From Phoronis australis (Eukaryota; Animalia; Phoronida), in NCBI GenBank assembly GCA_002633005.1, contig NMRA01001119.1:6757-40757 (forward strand): DNA of 34,001 nucleotides, given 5' to 3'. Positions within the stretch are counted from its first letter, which is position 1; every line of letters starts with the position of its first letter. Below are positions 1-12,009 of the stretch, one piece after another. Below the pieces are notes generated by a model, which had not been told where the DNA came from, did no database searches, and was given only the letters and a program-made list of their open reading frames with translations. The translations under genes were made by a program, and so were the position numbers.

Positions 1-2958
1 AAAAACAGTGGTTTATCTCATGGCCGTGGCTGCATTATATTGAGGGGGAAGATAAGGTGTTGTGTCACATATGTGCAAAAGCTTACCACATGGGTCTGCT
101 GTCTTCAGCAAAACAAGAGCTATCATTTGTTGTTACCGGTTATACCAACTGGAAAAAGGCTACTGACAAGACGTCTGGCTTTACGAAGCATGAGAAATCT
201 GAGTGCCATAAAGAAGCAATGGAACGCACACTGATAGTGAAGTTGTCTGTCAAAGATGTTGCGGAACAACTGTCAACAGCCCACGGAGAGCAAAAAGCGA
301 AAAACCGCAGAATGTTCCTGAAAATATTAACAAACATACGTTTTTTGGCAAGACAAGGTATACCGTTTAGGGGTGACGGAGATGAACAAGATTCCAATTA
401 TATTCAACTACTCCATCTAAAAGAAACAGAGACAGATATTTTGAAATCATGGTTGTCGCAGAAAACAAATATATGTCTCCAGATATTCAAAATGAAGCGA
501 TCAAACTGATGGCTTTAAAAGTTCTCCGAGAAATAACGTCGTGCATTCGCGGCAGTCCTTATTTTAGTATACTGGCAGACGAAACTACTGACGTGTCTAA
601 TAGCAAACAACTCGTCGTTTGTATCCGATGGGTAGACGAATCATTACAACCCCATGAAGATTTCATCGGATTTCGCCGCTTGGAATTGATGGATGCCCAA
701 ACAATTACGTCACTTCTAAAAGACACACTGTTGCGGATGAACTTGTCTTTAAGCAGCTGTCGTGGTCAATGCTATGATGGTTGCAGCACAATGAGTGGGT
801 CCAAAAATGGAGTCGTTGTCAACATTCAACAGGAAGAACATCGCGCCCTGTACGCGCATTGTTATGGCCACGCGTTGAATCTTGCCTGCTCAGATAGTAT
901 CAAATGATGCAAGCTGATGGCAGATGTTTTAGACACCACGTACGAAATTACCAAACTGATAAAAAATCTCCCAAACGTGACGCACAGTTGAATAAAATAC
1001 GAGATGTGTTGCTTGACGACAGAGAAGTGGGTAATATTCGGCAAATGTGTCCAACGAGATGGACCGTGAAGGCTGACGCTCTGAATCGTGTGATAGGTAA
1101 CTATGATTGTTTACAGGAACTCTGGTCCTGGGGAGTCCAAAATTGCAATGATTCAGAAATGAAAGCGCAGATACGTGGAATTCAGTCTCACATGACACAG
1201 TTTAGTTTCTTTTACGGTTTATAAGGCTGACGCTCTGAATCGTGTGATAGGTAACTATGATTGTCTACGGGAACTCTGGTACTGGGGAGTCCAAAATTGC
1301 AATGATTCAGAAATGAAAGCGCGGATACGTGGAATTCAGTCTCACGTGACACAGTTTAGTTTCTTTTACGGTTTAGTACTTTCAGAGCGCCTGTTGGTGC
1401 ATGCTGACAATCTGAGTATAACTTTACAAAGCGTTCAGATGTCCGCGGCTGAGGCTCAAAAGATTGCCAAAATGACCCTTACTACATTAGAACGGATGAG
1501 AAACGACAGAGAATATAAAAACTTCTGGGATGAAGTCCTAGCTTGTGCAAAGGATCATCACGTCAAAGATCCTGGTCTCCCTAGACGCAATAGACCCGCT
1601 AGATACGAAACAGGAAATGCGCCTCCGGAGTTTTCTTCGAGTCCAGAAGATTATTATAGAAAAATTTATTTTGAAGCTCTTGACAATATCATTGCATCAA
1701 TACGGGACAGGTTTGATCAAGAAGATTACAAAATTTATATGCATTGTGAGGAGCTGATACTCAAGGCGGCAAAAGGGGAAAACTTTGAAAATGAATACCA
1801 AGATGTTATCAGTTTTTATGAAGATGATTTTGATTCAACACTGCGCTGTCACCTGGCTACGTTTGGGGTCAATTATGCACAGGATGGTAGTCAAGAGGTA
1901 ACATTGTCTCGTGTTGTGGATCATTTGCAGAAATTATCAGCCGGTTTTCTGGGATGAAGTCCTAGCTTGTGCAAAGGATCATCACGTCAAAGATCCTGGT
2001 CTCCCTAGACGCAATAGAAAACTCGCTAGATACGAAACAGGAAATGCGCCTCCGGAGTTATTATAGAAGAATTTATTTTGAAGCTCTTGACAATATCATT
2101 GCATCAATACGGGACAGGTTTGATCAAGAAGATTATAAAATTTATATGCAGTGTGAGGAGCTGATACTCAAGGCGGCAAAAGGGGAAACTTTGAAAATGA
2201 ATACCAAGATGTTATCAGTTTTTATGAAGTTGATTTTGATTCAACACTGCGCTGTCACCTGGCTACGTTTGGGGCCAATTATGCACAGGATGGTAGTCAA
2301 GAGGTAACATTGTCTCGTGTTGTGGATCATTTGCAGAAATTATCAGCCGGTCAAAAACACTTGATCGAAAATGTAATTAAAGTAGCAAACTTGCTGTTAG
2401 TGATGCCTGCAACAAATGCCAGTAGCGAACGAGCAGTTAGTGCTCTTAGGCGTGTTAAGTCATATTTACGTTCCACAATGGGACAGGGGAGGTTGAACCA
2501 TTTAATGTTGCTNNNNNNNNNNNNNNAGGAAGTGAAATGCGAAAGGCACAACTCGGGGTTTTTACCACGTTAGACTTAGCTGCAGCCCGAGTTCCTGTGT
2601 GCAGCAGGGCAACGTCCACTGATTTATGTTGAAGAGTAAATAAAAACATTTATAACTATTTCACACCTTCATTCTTACTGTTCAGCAAGAGTAATCGTAT
2701 GAGCGGCATGTATGTTGCTCCAAAAATTTCCAGTCAATCTTAACAAAAAATTAACTCTAAAAGTACAGCATCTGTTACACACCTATTATTAGTAGACATA
2801 TTTTTTTCATATAATTCAAAACGTACCTAGTGGTTGCAGTAGTTCATTTTACAGCGTTGATATATACACCCCAGTGCAACGCATTGGTTTCGATATTAGA
2901 AGTTACGTATGACCAGGGTCGGTGCCCCCCCAATAATTTTTACCTTCCTACGGGCCTG
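1..2958 (+). mobile_element. hAT-superfamily DNA transposon (ZMYM1/THAP12-like, Tip100/Zaphod type), 5' end outside window
   Basis: Transposase motifs over 57-2512. Candidate right terminus ...ccttcctacgggcctg at 2943-2958 (reverse complement CAGGCCCGTAGGAAGG, a hAT-like CAGG end). The left TIR is not visible, so the terminus is unverified. N gap at 2513-2526. Confidence 0.8.
57..2512 (+). pseudogene. Frameshifted hAT transposase
   Basis: TTF-type Zn finger (CHIC...GYTNWKKA...KHEKSECH), DUF4371-like region (RFLARQGIPFRG; FSILADETTDVS; CYDG...MSG; HCYGHALNL), PTRW, and hAT dimerisation motif (MPATNASSERAVSALRRVKSYLRSTMGQGRLNHLML). Split by frameshifts near 465 and 905 and by two internal duplications. 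Confidence 0.9.
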
Positions 2959-4618
2959 TATTTTTATTAAAAATGACTTGAAAAAAGGTTGCCTTCACCT
3001 TGTGTGTCTCTACGACTGAAACATAATTCAACCTGTTCATTAGGTATTCTTGCAGTTTGTTCGTAAAAACTTTTAATTTCTTTCAAAGCATTTTTAAATA
3101 AAATACGACCTGTAGCCTGTCAACTGCTCGTCACATCGTCGAATTTTCCCTTATATGGAAAATATGAACTTTCGACTTTGATGTAAACAATACAGTGGCG
3201 ACTTATAAGCAGCAACCGGTCCAATTGCGAGGCAATTGATGCAAGTCCTAACTGTTTAAAATTAGTTATAAACGTATCGTAGTATTCAAATATATTCTAA
3301 AATGCAGTTGGAGTTATTTATGAAAGATTGTTTGCTTCACTTGCATTATTGCTTCATTCTCAGGGCTTGCACTGACCAAAGACAAAAAAGAGGAAAATTT
3401 TCCAGCTGATGTATCGTTCCACAAATAAACAGGGTTTTGTGACAGAAAAAAATTCTGTGTTGTAAAATTTAACTCAAATAAAGTCAAAATAAAGATAAAA
3501 AGAGACAAAAAAGGAGGAAACTGGAAATCAAATAAAATGAAATCGAAACCAAAAAAGAGGAACTCCTCTTAAAAGATGAAAATTGCCAGTCCTGATACTG
3601 TGCTGTAGTACCATCACTCAAGATAGCCTGCCTTTGATATCCATCATGTCAGTCAACAGTTTATCGAGTGCCTGCGAGTCCATGCAGGCATTTACAAACA
3701 TGATGGGGATTAGAAACTCTTTGGTGACTCCAGAGTTATTGCATAACGCATATTTAAAAAAATAGTGAATTTTGTGATTTTTTTTTCTGGAAATTCCCTC
3801 TCAAGGGAAAGTGAATAACTCCGTATTAGACGTTGCGATATGGTACTTTCGTCAGGAACTGTTTAAAGATATTTTGACGAGCTTTCGTGTTCGCTGCCTC
3901 TTTAAACGTGGAACAGGCTTGGTACATGTAATTGACACGCGCTTGTTGTACCCAGCCTGATGCACGCTTATGGAGACGACGTGTGTGGGATTGGTTATGG
4001 AAACGAAATTGTCTTGCTCGATGAAAACATGGAAATGTAGGGAGATTCGACTTGTTTAATTGCCATCAGTGGTGCAGCGAAAAAAATCAAGTGCCCAACA
4101 AGAATTCGACTTCAGTCGTGGCCGCTAGAGCAGGCATTAGTCCGGCAAAATTTTAAACCTTTTTTCGTGAGTTTAGACTCGCGCTTTGGCACCTAGTTTA
4201 TGGAAATTTTCGAAGTGATGGTGGGAAAAGGGACAGATGGATAAAATGTGAAAATTTTTAAGCCACTATATAAAAAGGTGTTCATGCTGTTAAAAGTATG
4301 AAAGCAATGGTAGCTCTTAATTTATACATTTCACATCCAGCTGGACAAATTTGCTGCCGCTACTACCGCTGGCCGGACTACCAAACGGTTTTTGCTCGAG
4401 TGAAATTCGAATGCTACCAAAAATGTTCTCCTTTCCCGATTTGCGGTTGTTGGCTAAGGACAGGGGAAAATTCTGTTGCTTACGCAGCAGGTGAGTAGTA
4501 CGGTTGTTAAATTTTGGGCACTCGTCCGATGTATTCATAGTTACGATTTCAAATTCTTAGACATCCTATCACGACAATGCATAATAGCTGGCTGATTTGA
4601 CGAGAATCGGCGGTCTAT

Positions 4619-4790
4619 AGTACCGACCCACAGTAAGTACCGACCCACAGTAAGTACCGACCCACAGTAAGTACCGACCTACAGTAAGTACCGACCCACA
4701 GTAAGTACCGACCTACAGTAAGTACCGACCTACAGTAAGTACCGACCTACAGTACAGTAAGTAACGACCTATAGGAAATACCGACCTATT
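4619..4790. repeat. 17-bp minisatellite
   Basis: AGTACCGACC(C/T)ACAGTA x8 head-to-tail, then about 2 degenerate units. Confidence 0.95.
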
Positions 4791-6775
4791 GTACGTACCA
4801 TTGAGGTGGTCACAGAACTACAGTGATCTCGGATCTGAGCTTAGTAAATTGGCTAACAAAACGTACCACGTGCATCCGCAACAGAATCCGCGGATGGAGG
4901 CCGTTATGTTCGCGGTAATAATGCCATAACACAATTTGAGTTTTATTTACTGTTTGTGAGATACAAAAAGATTCGCATTTTTGAATAACTCGTGCAATGC
5001 CAATGACAAGTGTAGTCGATCCGACAAGCCCAAGTCCCGGAGAAATGAAGACAAGTTCACAGCACTCTTGGAAAACCATAGAAAGGTAAAATGTGTCTCA
5101 CTCTTTGTACAAATACATGTACTATTGCAAAATAATCCATAACGTACATACATGTAACTCCATGGTTACTAAAGGGCCCATCAAAGGGTTAGAATACGAC
5201 GTAAATAACTCGCCCCTGCGGTTCAAAAATAGGGGCGGGAATGAAATACAAACGAACTCTTTCGAGTAATATCGTTACGTCACCAAAATCGAACCAACTA
5301 GTATGGCGAAAAAAAGTCGTTTCCAAGCAGTTTGCAACTAGAGAGGCGGAGGCCAAACGGGACTTAAAGTACAGAGGAAAACACATAAAAATAAAATCGC
5401 CACTAGACGAACACCACTCGTCTGTTTAAGCAGTTTGTCGAATAGAGAGGCAGACACCAAAAAGACTTAAATATAACAAAATAGCCACTAGGGGACTCAG
5501 ATTTTGTCGGTCCCTTCCAAATCAGGAAAGTTTTGTTGTCACCTCCATAGAAACATGTTTGCTGAGTTTACTGACAATCCATCAAGGAGCTGGGCAGATA
5601 TGGAGACAAACACAAAACACTGAAATTGTTACTAGGGACACACCAGTAATTGGACTGGTCCAAAAATTGCCATCATCTGTTGCTGCTACATTGAAGCACA
5701 CCTACAGTACTAAATAATGTCATGAAAATTCTTCAAGCCGTTTAGTAGATACATCAGCTGACGCTGGAACCAGGTCAGAGGTGACAACAATACCCATACA
5801 CATATATGTGAACTTATAATTATAACAGTTAAGCAAATTACCAATACTTTGTCCAAGCTCCTGATAATATACAATGCAGAAAGTTTGAGACTGACCTATT
5901 GACCAACTGTGCCACATCACAAAATATCAACTCTTAGCTGCAATTTTAAACTACATTAGGTTTCTTCAAGTCACACTAGCAGCAACAGAAGTTACATAGC
6001 TTAAATATGCATTTAGCTTCTTAAGACAGTGAACATAACATCAAGAACAAATTCAAATTGTAACTTATTTAAAGGCAATTCACAATAGTCTGAATGAATT
6101 TAAGCATACATTAAGCATATCTTTCTTGATGTGCCACCAGCTGTGATCAAGTGTCAGTCAACACCCATTTTGATACACAGGCGGTCTGTTGAAACTAGGC
6201 CAGTCACAAGATTCAGATTATTAGGAGTTGTTGTTCCCTACCTGTTTCATATGATGTGAACAATGATCAACGTGACCTATTTACAGTGATACAGATTACA
6301 CAAAACATCACCAATAAGTTACATGTGATATGAATGTAGGCTTAAACACATTACACCATTATTTGTAATACACAATTACATTGCCAACAGTTCAAGCAAG
6401 CTGCCATAAAATGGCCGCCATAGATGATAGAAATTACATTAATTCATATTTGCCTACTCTGCCCACCTTACTTGGTTTGTCCAACAAAATAAGATTGCAT
6501 AAGGGGAAAAATCAATTCCATGCTCTCATATCAAAAAGTTCAATCATGACAAGTGTTTGCTAGTGTCAGGAAATGTCTTGAAAACTGTTGACAAACCTCT
6601 AGTATTTTAAAATCACTGGTTACTAGACAAAATCCCTTTGACTGTTTGACTGCCAACATACACCGCGCATGTAACACCAGCAAAAAGCAGACAAAGTTTC
6701 ATAATAAGTAACGAAAAAAGGAATTATTACATTCACGACACATATTATGACCCAACTGTATTATTCACAATTAAC

Positions 6776-6898
6776 TCAAGGACGCAGCAGCCTATCATCA
6801 TCATCATCATCACTGTCAAAATCTTCCTCATCCACCTGTCCATCAATAGCTGACCTACGACCTTTAACAACAGCTACCACTGCCCCTATCACAAAAAC
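6776..6898 (-). CDS. LMBRD1: LMBRD1 terminal coding exon 14
   Basis: gttttag acceptor, 123 nt to TGA. VFVIGAVVAVVKGRRSAIDGQVDEEDFDSDDDDDDRLLRP* vs LMBD1 VFLIGLIVSCCKGKKSVIEGVDEDSD. Confidence 0.93.
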   Translation of the reverse strand, partial: VFVIGAVVAVVKGRRSAIDGQVDEEDFDSDDDDDDRLLRP

Positions 6899-6988
6899 CT
6901 AAAACAATCAAAAAGAATAGTAAGTATGCATTTTCCTTGTTTGTGTGTAAGAAGAGATCACAAAACCAGTCTGTTTACAATACAAAAG

Positions 6989-7268
6989 AAACTGCAGTGG
7001 TTGTACTTACCCCTAAGAATGCCCAACTGGCCCAGTAGTATGCCGCTACAAACAACCAAACTGCAGTGGTTGTATTACCCCTAAGAATGCCCAACTGGCC
7101 CAGTAGTATGCAGCTCCAAACAACCAAACTGCAGTGGTTGTACTTACCCCTAAGAATGCCCAACTGGCCCAGTAGTATGCCGCTCCAAACAACCAAACTG
7201 CAGTGGTTGTACTTACCCCTAAGAATGCCCAACTGGCCCAGTAGTATGCCGCTCCAAACAACCAAACT
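6989..7268. repeat. 69-bp tandem repeat x4 spanning the exon 13 3' end and splice donor
   Basis: The motif actgcagtgg recurs at 6991, 7060, 7128 and 7197 (periods 69, 68, 69). Each unit encodes VWLF(G/V)AAYYWASWAFLG followed by a gtaagt or gtaata donor on the minus strand. Confidence 0.97.
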
Positions 7269-7366
7269 TTGTAGAAGAAGAGTGTCAAGATTGTACTCAT
7301 GCGAGTCATAGTGCACTCGCTAGGTGGTGCTTCCGTGCTGCACCGGCTGATTGTGTTATTGGCGTT
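7217..7366 (-). CDS. LMBRD1: LMBRD1 exon 13 (penultimate), using the first of four tandem donors
   Basis: cttcag acceptor, GGG|gtaagt donor, 150 nt, phase 0/0. NANNTISRCSTEAPPSECTMTRMSTILTLFFYKVWLFGAAYYWASWAFLG vs LMBD1 RCDADAPEDQCTVTR...WFFSAAYYFGNWAFLG. Confidence 0.92.
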
Positions 7367-9013
7367 CTGAAGTGAAATATTGTCATAGCTTTGATAGGTA
7401 GGAGAAACTCTTTCCAACCATGATCTCACCAGTGTATATGTCAGTGCAAATCAGGGACAGCTTAAGGCTTATCGGAGGCCCCAGGCCCAGATGCCTCCGC
7501 AGGTTCCTAAGCCGCAGCTATGTTAAATTAATAAACTTAAGGTACTTGAAAGTACATGAACTGGGAGGTTCAAAATAGGAAACAACTTTCCACTTTATCC
7601 TAAATTTCCTTTTTACAACTTCCCACATTTTCAAGGCTTTAGAATGCGGCACGATAGATTCTTCTGACGTAAATATAGATCCAATTGGACTGTAAAATAG
7701 AATCAGTAGATGAAAGATTGCCGAGGTGGACTTGTCCACAAAACTGGAACTTCTGCAGCTGAGATCTTTACATTAAACAACCACAGTGGCCACCTTCTTC
7801 TCCGAACATTCTCCTCATTGGGAATTATTATTAGAGACCCTTTCCTTTTTACACCCAATGAAACATGATTGTTTTCAATCCTCGGACTGATAAACTGACA
7901 AACTATGCCCATTAGGTGCTTTTTCTTTCAGTATCACAAGTGGTCACATCATCACATCAATTATGTACAGAGTAGGTGGTTTACCTTTCAGTATCACATG
8001 TGGTCACATCACGTGACCTAATCCATGTAATTACAGGCCCAGGCCAGGGCAGCAATCTTTCAGACTTGTAATGACAAGAACACATGATGTGACCACATAG
8101 ACTCCTTAGGGTACCTGCTTTAAGCAGACACAGAAACACAGTTTGCATTGATCACTTATATTTACGAACTGCAAATATCTGCTTTAATGGTATTCGTTTG
8201 CAGCTACAAAACTTGTATTTTGTTTGGAAATGGCTGAAGGTCCAGCAAAAGGATTGTCATAACTTGATGGCTTTGGAATTCCAACTTGTTAGGAGGCAAG
8301 GCAATTTGAAATTGCTTTGGGGCCTCCTTAAGACATTTCTACAAAGGAGTTCTAACGAATTTTATCCAAACTTAAGGAATTTGTGTTTTACATCCACTCC
8401 TGAAAAATTAGGCCACCAAAAGGTCAATTGTCCCAAAATCAAGTGCATTTTTACTGACAACATTTCACCTGCATTGTGTCAGAAGCATCAAGTTTAGGAA
8501 ATTAGATGGCAATAATTTACATCCGCTGCTACTTGGTGTACATTCTACTTATTCATTTGGTGTCAAACGTATCCCCAGGCCTGCTGTCTAGATGACTTGA
8601 AAACATGAAAAATATTTTAAATCATGAATTTAGGACGCATGAAATGTGGTGCTTTTTGGAGCAACCTTTGTGTCTGACTACACAGCAAACTGAATATTTT
8701 CTCAAAATAGGATCAGGCGTGTAGTCAGCAGATTTTGATAACCCACCAAGTCCTTGCAGAAAACAAAATTCACTCATTGTTAGCCTGAAATTATACCTAA
8801 TTGGTTGTGAAAGCAGTTTTAACCATGCCTAAAGTTGAAATGAGACCATCATTGGTTCATGTGAACAGAGAGACATAGTTTCCTAAAAAGAATTGCCTTC
8901 CATGAGACAGAAGACATGACAACATATTGCTTGAATTGGTTATAACATCATGAGGGGTTCGTGAGGAAGGAAGTATGGCCAGCATAAAGTTTTACAGTGA
9001 CTCGTTCACCTAC

Positions 9014-9157
9014 CAGGTAGTGTTGGCTTCCATATGTTGAGTAGTCAGGGGTGATCTCATAGATCATTACATTAATGGCCAACACTATATACATCAGAAT
9101 CATACACATAAACAACAAAGCCTGGGGTCTGGTTCGCCTGGGACGGATTTTGTACAT
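9014..9157 (-). CDS. LMBRD1: LMBRD1 exon 12, copy B (duplicate, possibly an assembly artefact)
   Basis: Same splice sites and same 48-aa peptide as copy A, 1361 bp away; the only exonic difference I see is a synonymous GTA/GTG (Val). Confidence 0.7.
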
Positions 9158-10374
9158 CTGGAAAATATAAAGAAACAAAGTTCATAAACTAAAAAGAGTA
9201 TTGTTTCGAGATGGAGAAACATTGATTCCCAGTTGATGGCATCGTAATCACCAACTGCGAGCCATAGTACACCACTGACAGTACCTAAAGGTTGACTCTT
9301 CATCACAAACATCTGGTTTCAACTCCAAATGACATGCAGTTTTTCCAATATCAATTAGTTTCATTCCATTGCTATTTTGTCTGGCATCATAACTGACAGG
9401 TCAATTATCTACCAGAGTTCACACAATTTCTGAAACTAATTCATCAACAGGTAACAGCGAATCAAACCTAAATCATTGATTGAGTTTGTGAAAAATTTCC
9501 AGGTAAAAATGAGACTAACTCAACTTTATACAGGGAATTCAATTTCAGAAGCTAAACAGTTCCAAAAATCCCAAATCCACCATACAGCTGTACACAAATA
9601 AGTTTAGCAAAATTCAGAAAAAATTGGCAAAAATCCAAAAGGAAAGCAGGTGAAAAATAGATGCTAAAATATTTTCTGTGAAATTTCGCCAATTTTCAAT
9701 AAGAGGAAATACCTTCAACATTAAAAAATGTATCGAATTCACTAATAGCAACGGTCAACGACCTATGATTTAGAGCCAGTAGAAGTGAGCCACAACTATC
9801 AAAACAACAATGAGGTCTTTAAGGAATGTGACATGATCAGAGAGTATTTACCAATAAGAAGCNCCTGCATTGTCGGTGTGTCAGAAGCTGCTACTTGGTG
9901 TACATTCTACTTATTCATTTGGTGTCAAACGTATCCCTAGGCCTGCTGTCTAGATGACTTGAAAACATGAAAAATATTTTAAATCATAAATTTAGGAGGA
10001 CGCATGAAATGTGGTGCTTTTTGGAGCAACCTTTGTGTCAGACTACACAGCAAACTGAATATTTTCTCAAAACAGGATCAGGCGTGTAGTCAGCAGATTT
10101 TGATAACCCACCAAGTCCTTGCAGAAAACAAAATTCACTCATTGTTAGCCTAAAATTATACCTAATTGGTCGTGAAAGCAGTTTTAACCATGCCTAAAAT
10201 TGAAATGAGACTATCATTGGTTCATGTGAACAGAGAGACATAGTTTCCTAAAAAGAATTGCCTTCCATGAGACAGAAGATATGACAACATATTGCTTGAA
10301 TTGGTTATAACATTATGAGGGGTTCGTGAGGAAGTATGGCCAGCATGAACTTTTACAGTGACTCGTTCACCTAC

Positions 10375-10518
10375 CAGGTAGTGTTGGCTTCCATATGTTG
10401 AGTAGTCAGGGGTGATCTCATAGATCATTACATTAATGGCCAATACTATATACATCAGAATCATACACATAAACAACAAAGCCTGGGGTCTGGTTCGCCT
10501 GGGACGGATTTTGTACAT
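10375..10518 (-). CDS. LMBRD1: LMBRD1 exon 12, copy A
   Basis: ttccag|ATG...CTG|gtaggt, 144 nt, phase 0/0. MYKIRPRRTRPQALLFMCMILMYIVLAINVMIYEITPDYSTYGSQHYL. Confidence 0.9.
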
Positions 10519-11574
10519 CTGGAAAATATAAAGAAACAAAGTTCATATTAAATTAAAAAGAGTATTGTTTCGAGATGGAGAAACATTGATTCCCAGTTGA
10601 TGGCATCATAATCACCAACTGCGAGCCATAGTACACCACTGACAGTACCTAAAGGTTGACTCTTCATCAAAAACATCTGGTTTCAACTCCAAATGACATG
10701 CAGTTTTTCCAATATCAATTAGTTTCATTCCATTGCTATTTTGTCTGGCATCATAACTGACAAGTCAATTATCTACCAGAGTTCACACAATTTCTGAAAC
10801 TAATTCATCAACAGGTAACAGCGAATCAAACCTAACTCATTGATTGAGTTTGTGAAAAATTTCCAGGTAAAACTGAGACTCAACTTTATACAGGGAATTC
10901 AATTTCAGAAGCTAAACAGTTCCAAAAATCCCAAATCCACCATACAGCTGTACACAAATAAGTTTAGCAAAATTCAGAAAAAATTGGCAAAAATCCAAAA
11001 GGAAACCAGGTGAAAAATAGATGCTAAAATATTTTCTGTGAAATTTCGCCAATTTTCAATAAGAGGAAATACCTTCAACATTAAAAAATGTATCGAATTC
11101 ACTAATAGCAACGGTCAACGACCTATGATTTAGAGCCAGTAGAAGTGAGCCACAACTATCAAAACAACAATGAGGTCTTTAAGGAATGTGACATGATCAG
11201 AGAGTATTTACCAATAAGAAGCCTCTACATGTAAATGACCGCAACCGGAAACACACAAGCCAACAGGAATCATGTACATGTATACAAATGAAGCCTGAAC
11301 CCTAGAGACGAGAAGACACCTTAAGATATAATATTATTTTCTACCCAATGCTTGCTATGAATATCTAATGTATCTAGTGTACATGTATGTACAAGCCAAG
11401 CTTCTTGTTCACGTAACAGTAATCTCCAACGTGATACCAACACTAGATGAACCACTTCTGACTCTGGCTAAACTGCCATCTCCAACAGGTGCCCTGCATC
11501 GCACTGTATGATTGACACTCATTACATAAAAAAATCCAACCAAACACATCTCACGATCTATTAGATTAACTCAC

Positions 11575-11679
11575 CCTTATCCACAAGAACCAAATACCCA
11601 TATTGCGTATTCCAGCCACCGAGCAGAAGAAGAAGTAGGCTATGATAAGTCCCATCAACACATAGTCAATAGGAAACAC
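11575..11679 (-). CDS. LMBRD1: LMBRD1 exon 11
   Basis: ttgtag acceptor, AGG|gtgagt donor, 105 nt, phase 0/0. VFPIDYVLMGLIIAYFFFCSVAGIRNMGIWFLWIR vs LMBD1 VFPLDY...AGIRNIGIWFFWIR. Confidence 0.95.
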
Positions 11680-12009
11680 CTACAATCAATGTAAATTGTA
11701 AATACAAGAGCGTTGATATGGGCCCTCAGTGCGCATCACAAACGATGCTGTTTTGTCCTTTTGAGGCTTTTTTATTTTCTTCTTTGGAAGAGAAAACAAA
11801 AGATCCAGTCATGGCAGGGTAAAAATTCAGAACAGAAAAAGGCCAACTAAACATGGTGAATTGTAGATTAAACACTATTTAGAAGTAACCTACAGATTAT
11901 TGGCAGCAGCCTGATTTCAATAATTTAAATATGAAATGGTCATTTACATGACACATAAGTTGTCTTAAACTACACCTCACCCCTCCCCATGACCTGCAGA
12001 CATGGCAGT

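Larger units (their letters stand above)
8468..11222. repeat. ~1.36-1.39 kb near-identical tandem duplication including exon 12
   Basis: 8468-9862 and 9864-11222, joined by a single N at 9863; they differ by scattered SNPs and small indels. Confidence 0.95.

Noticed and set aside
4619-4790. 17-bp repeats as CRISPR or iterons
   Set aside because: No spacers and no rep or cas gene; an ordinary minisatellite.
5500-6775. Polyadenylation signal for LMBRD1
   Set aside because: I found no clear minus-strand AATAAA here by eye, so the 3' UTR end cannot be placed.
7066-7311. Plus-strand repetitive ORF (LPLRMPNWPSSM...) and the 6975-7316 minus-strand alternate frame
   Set aside because: Shadow frames of the 69-bp array over exon 13.
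7452-8135. Possible hAT MITE starting CAGGGACAGCTTAAGG
   Set aside because: The putative right end is too degenerate and I found no TSD.
10371-10374. Alternative exon 12 donor G|gtgaac, 4 nt further downstream
   Set aside because: It would be phase 1 and break frame with the phase 0 acceptor at 7366.
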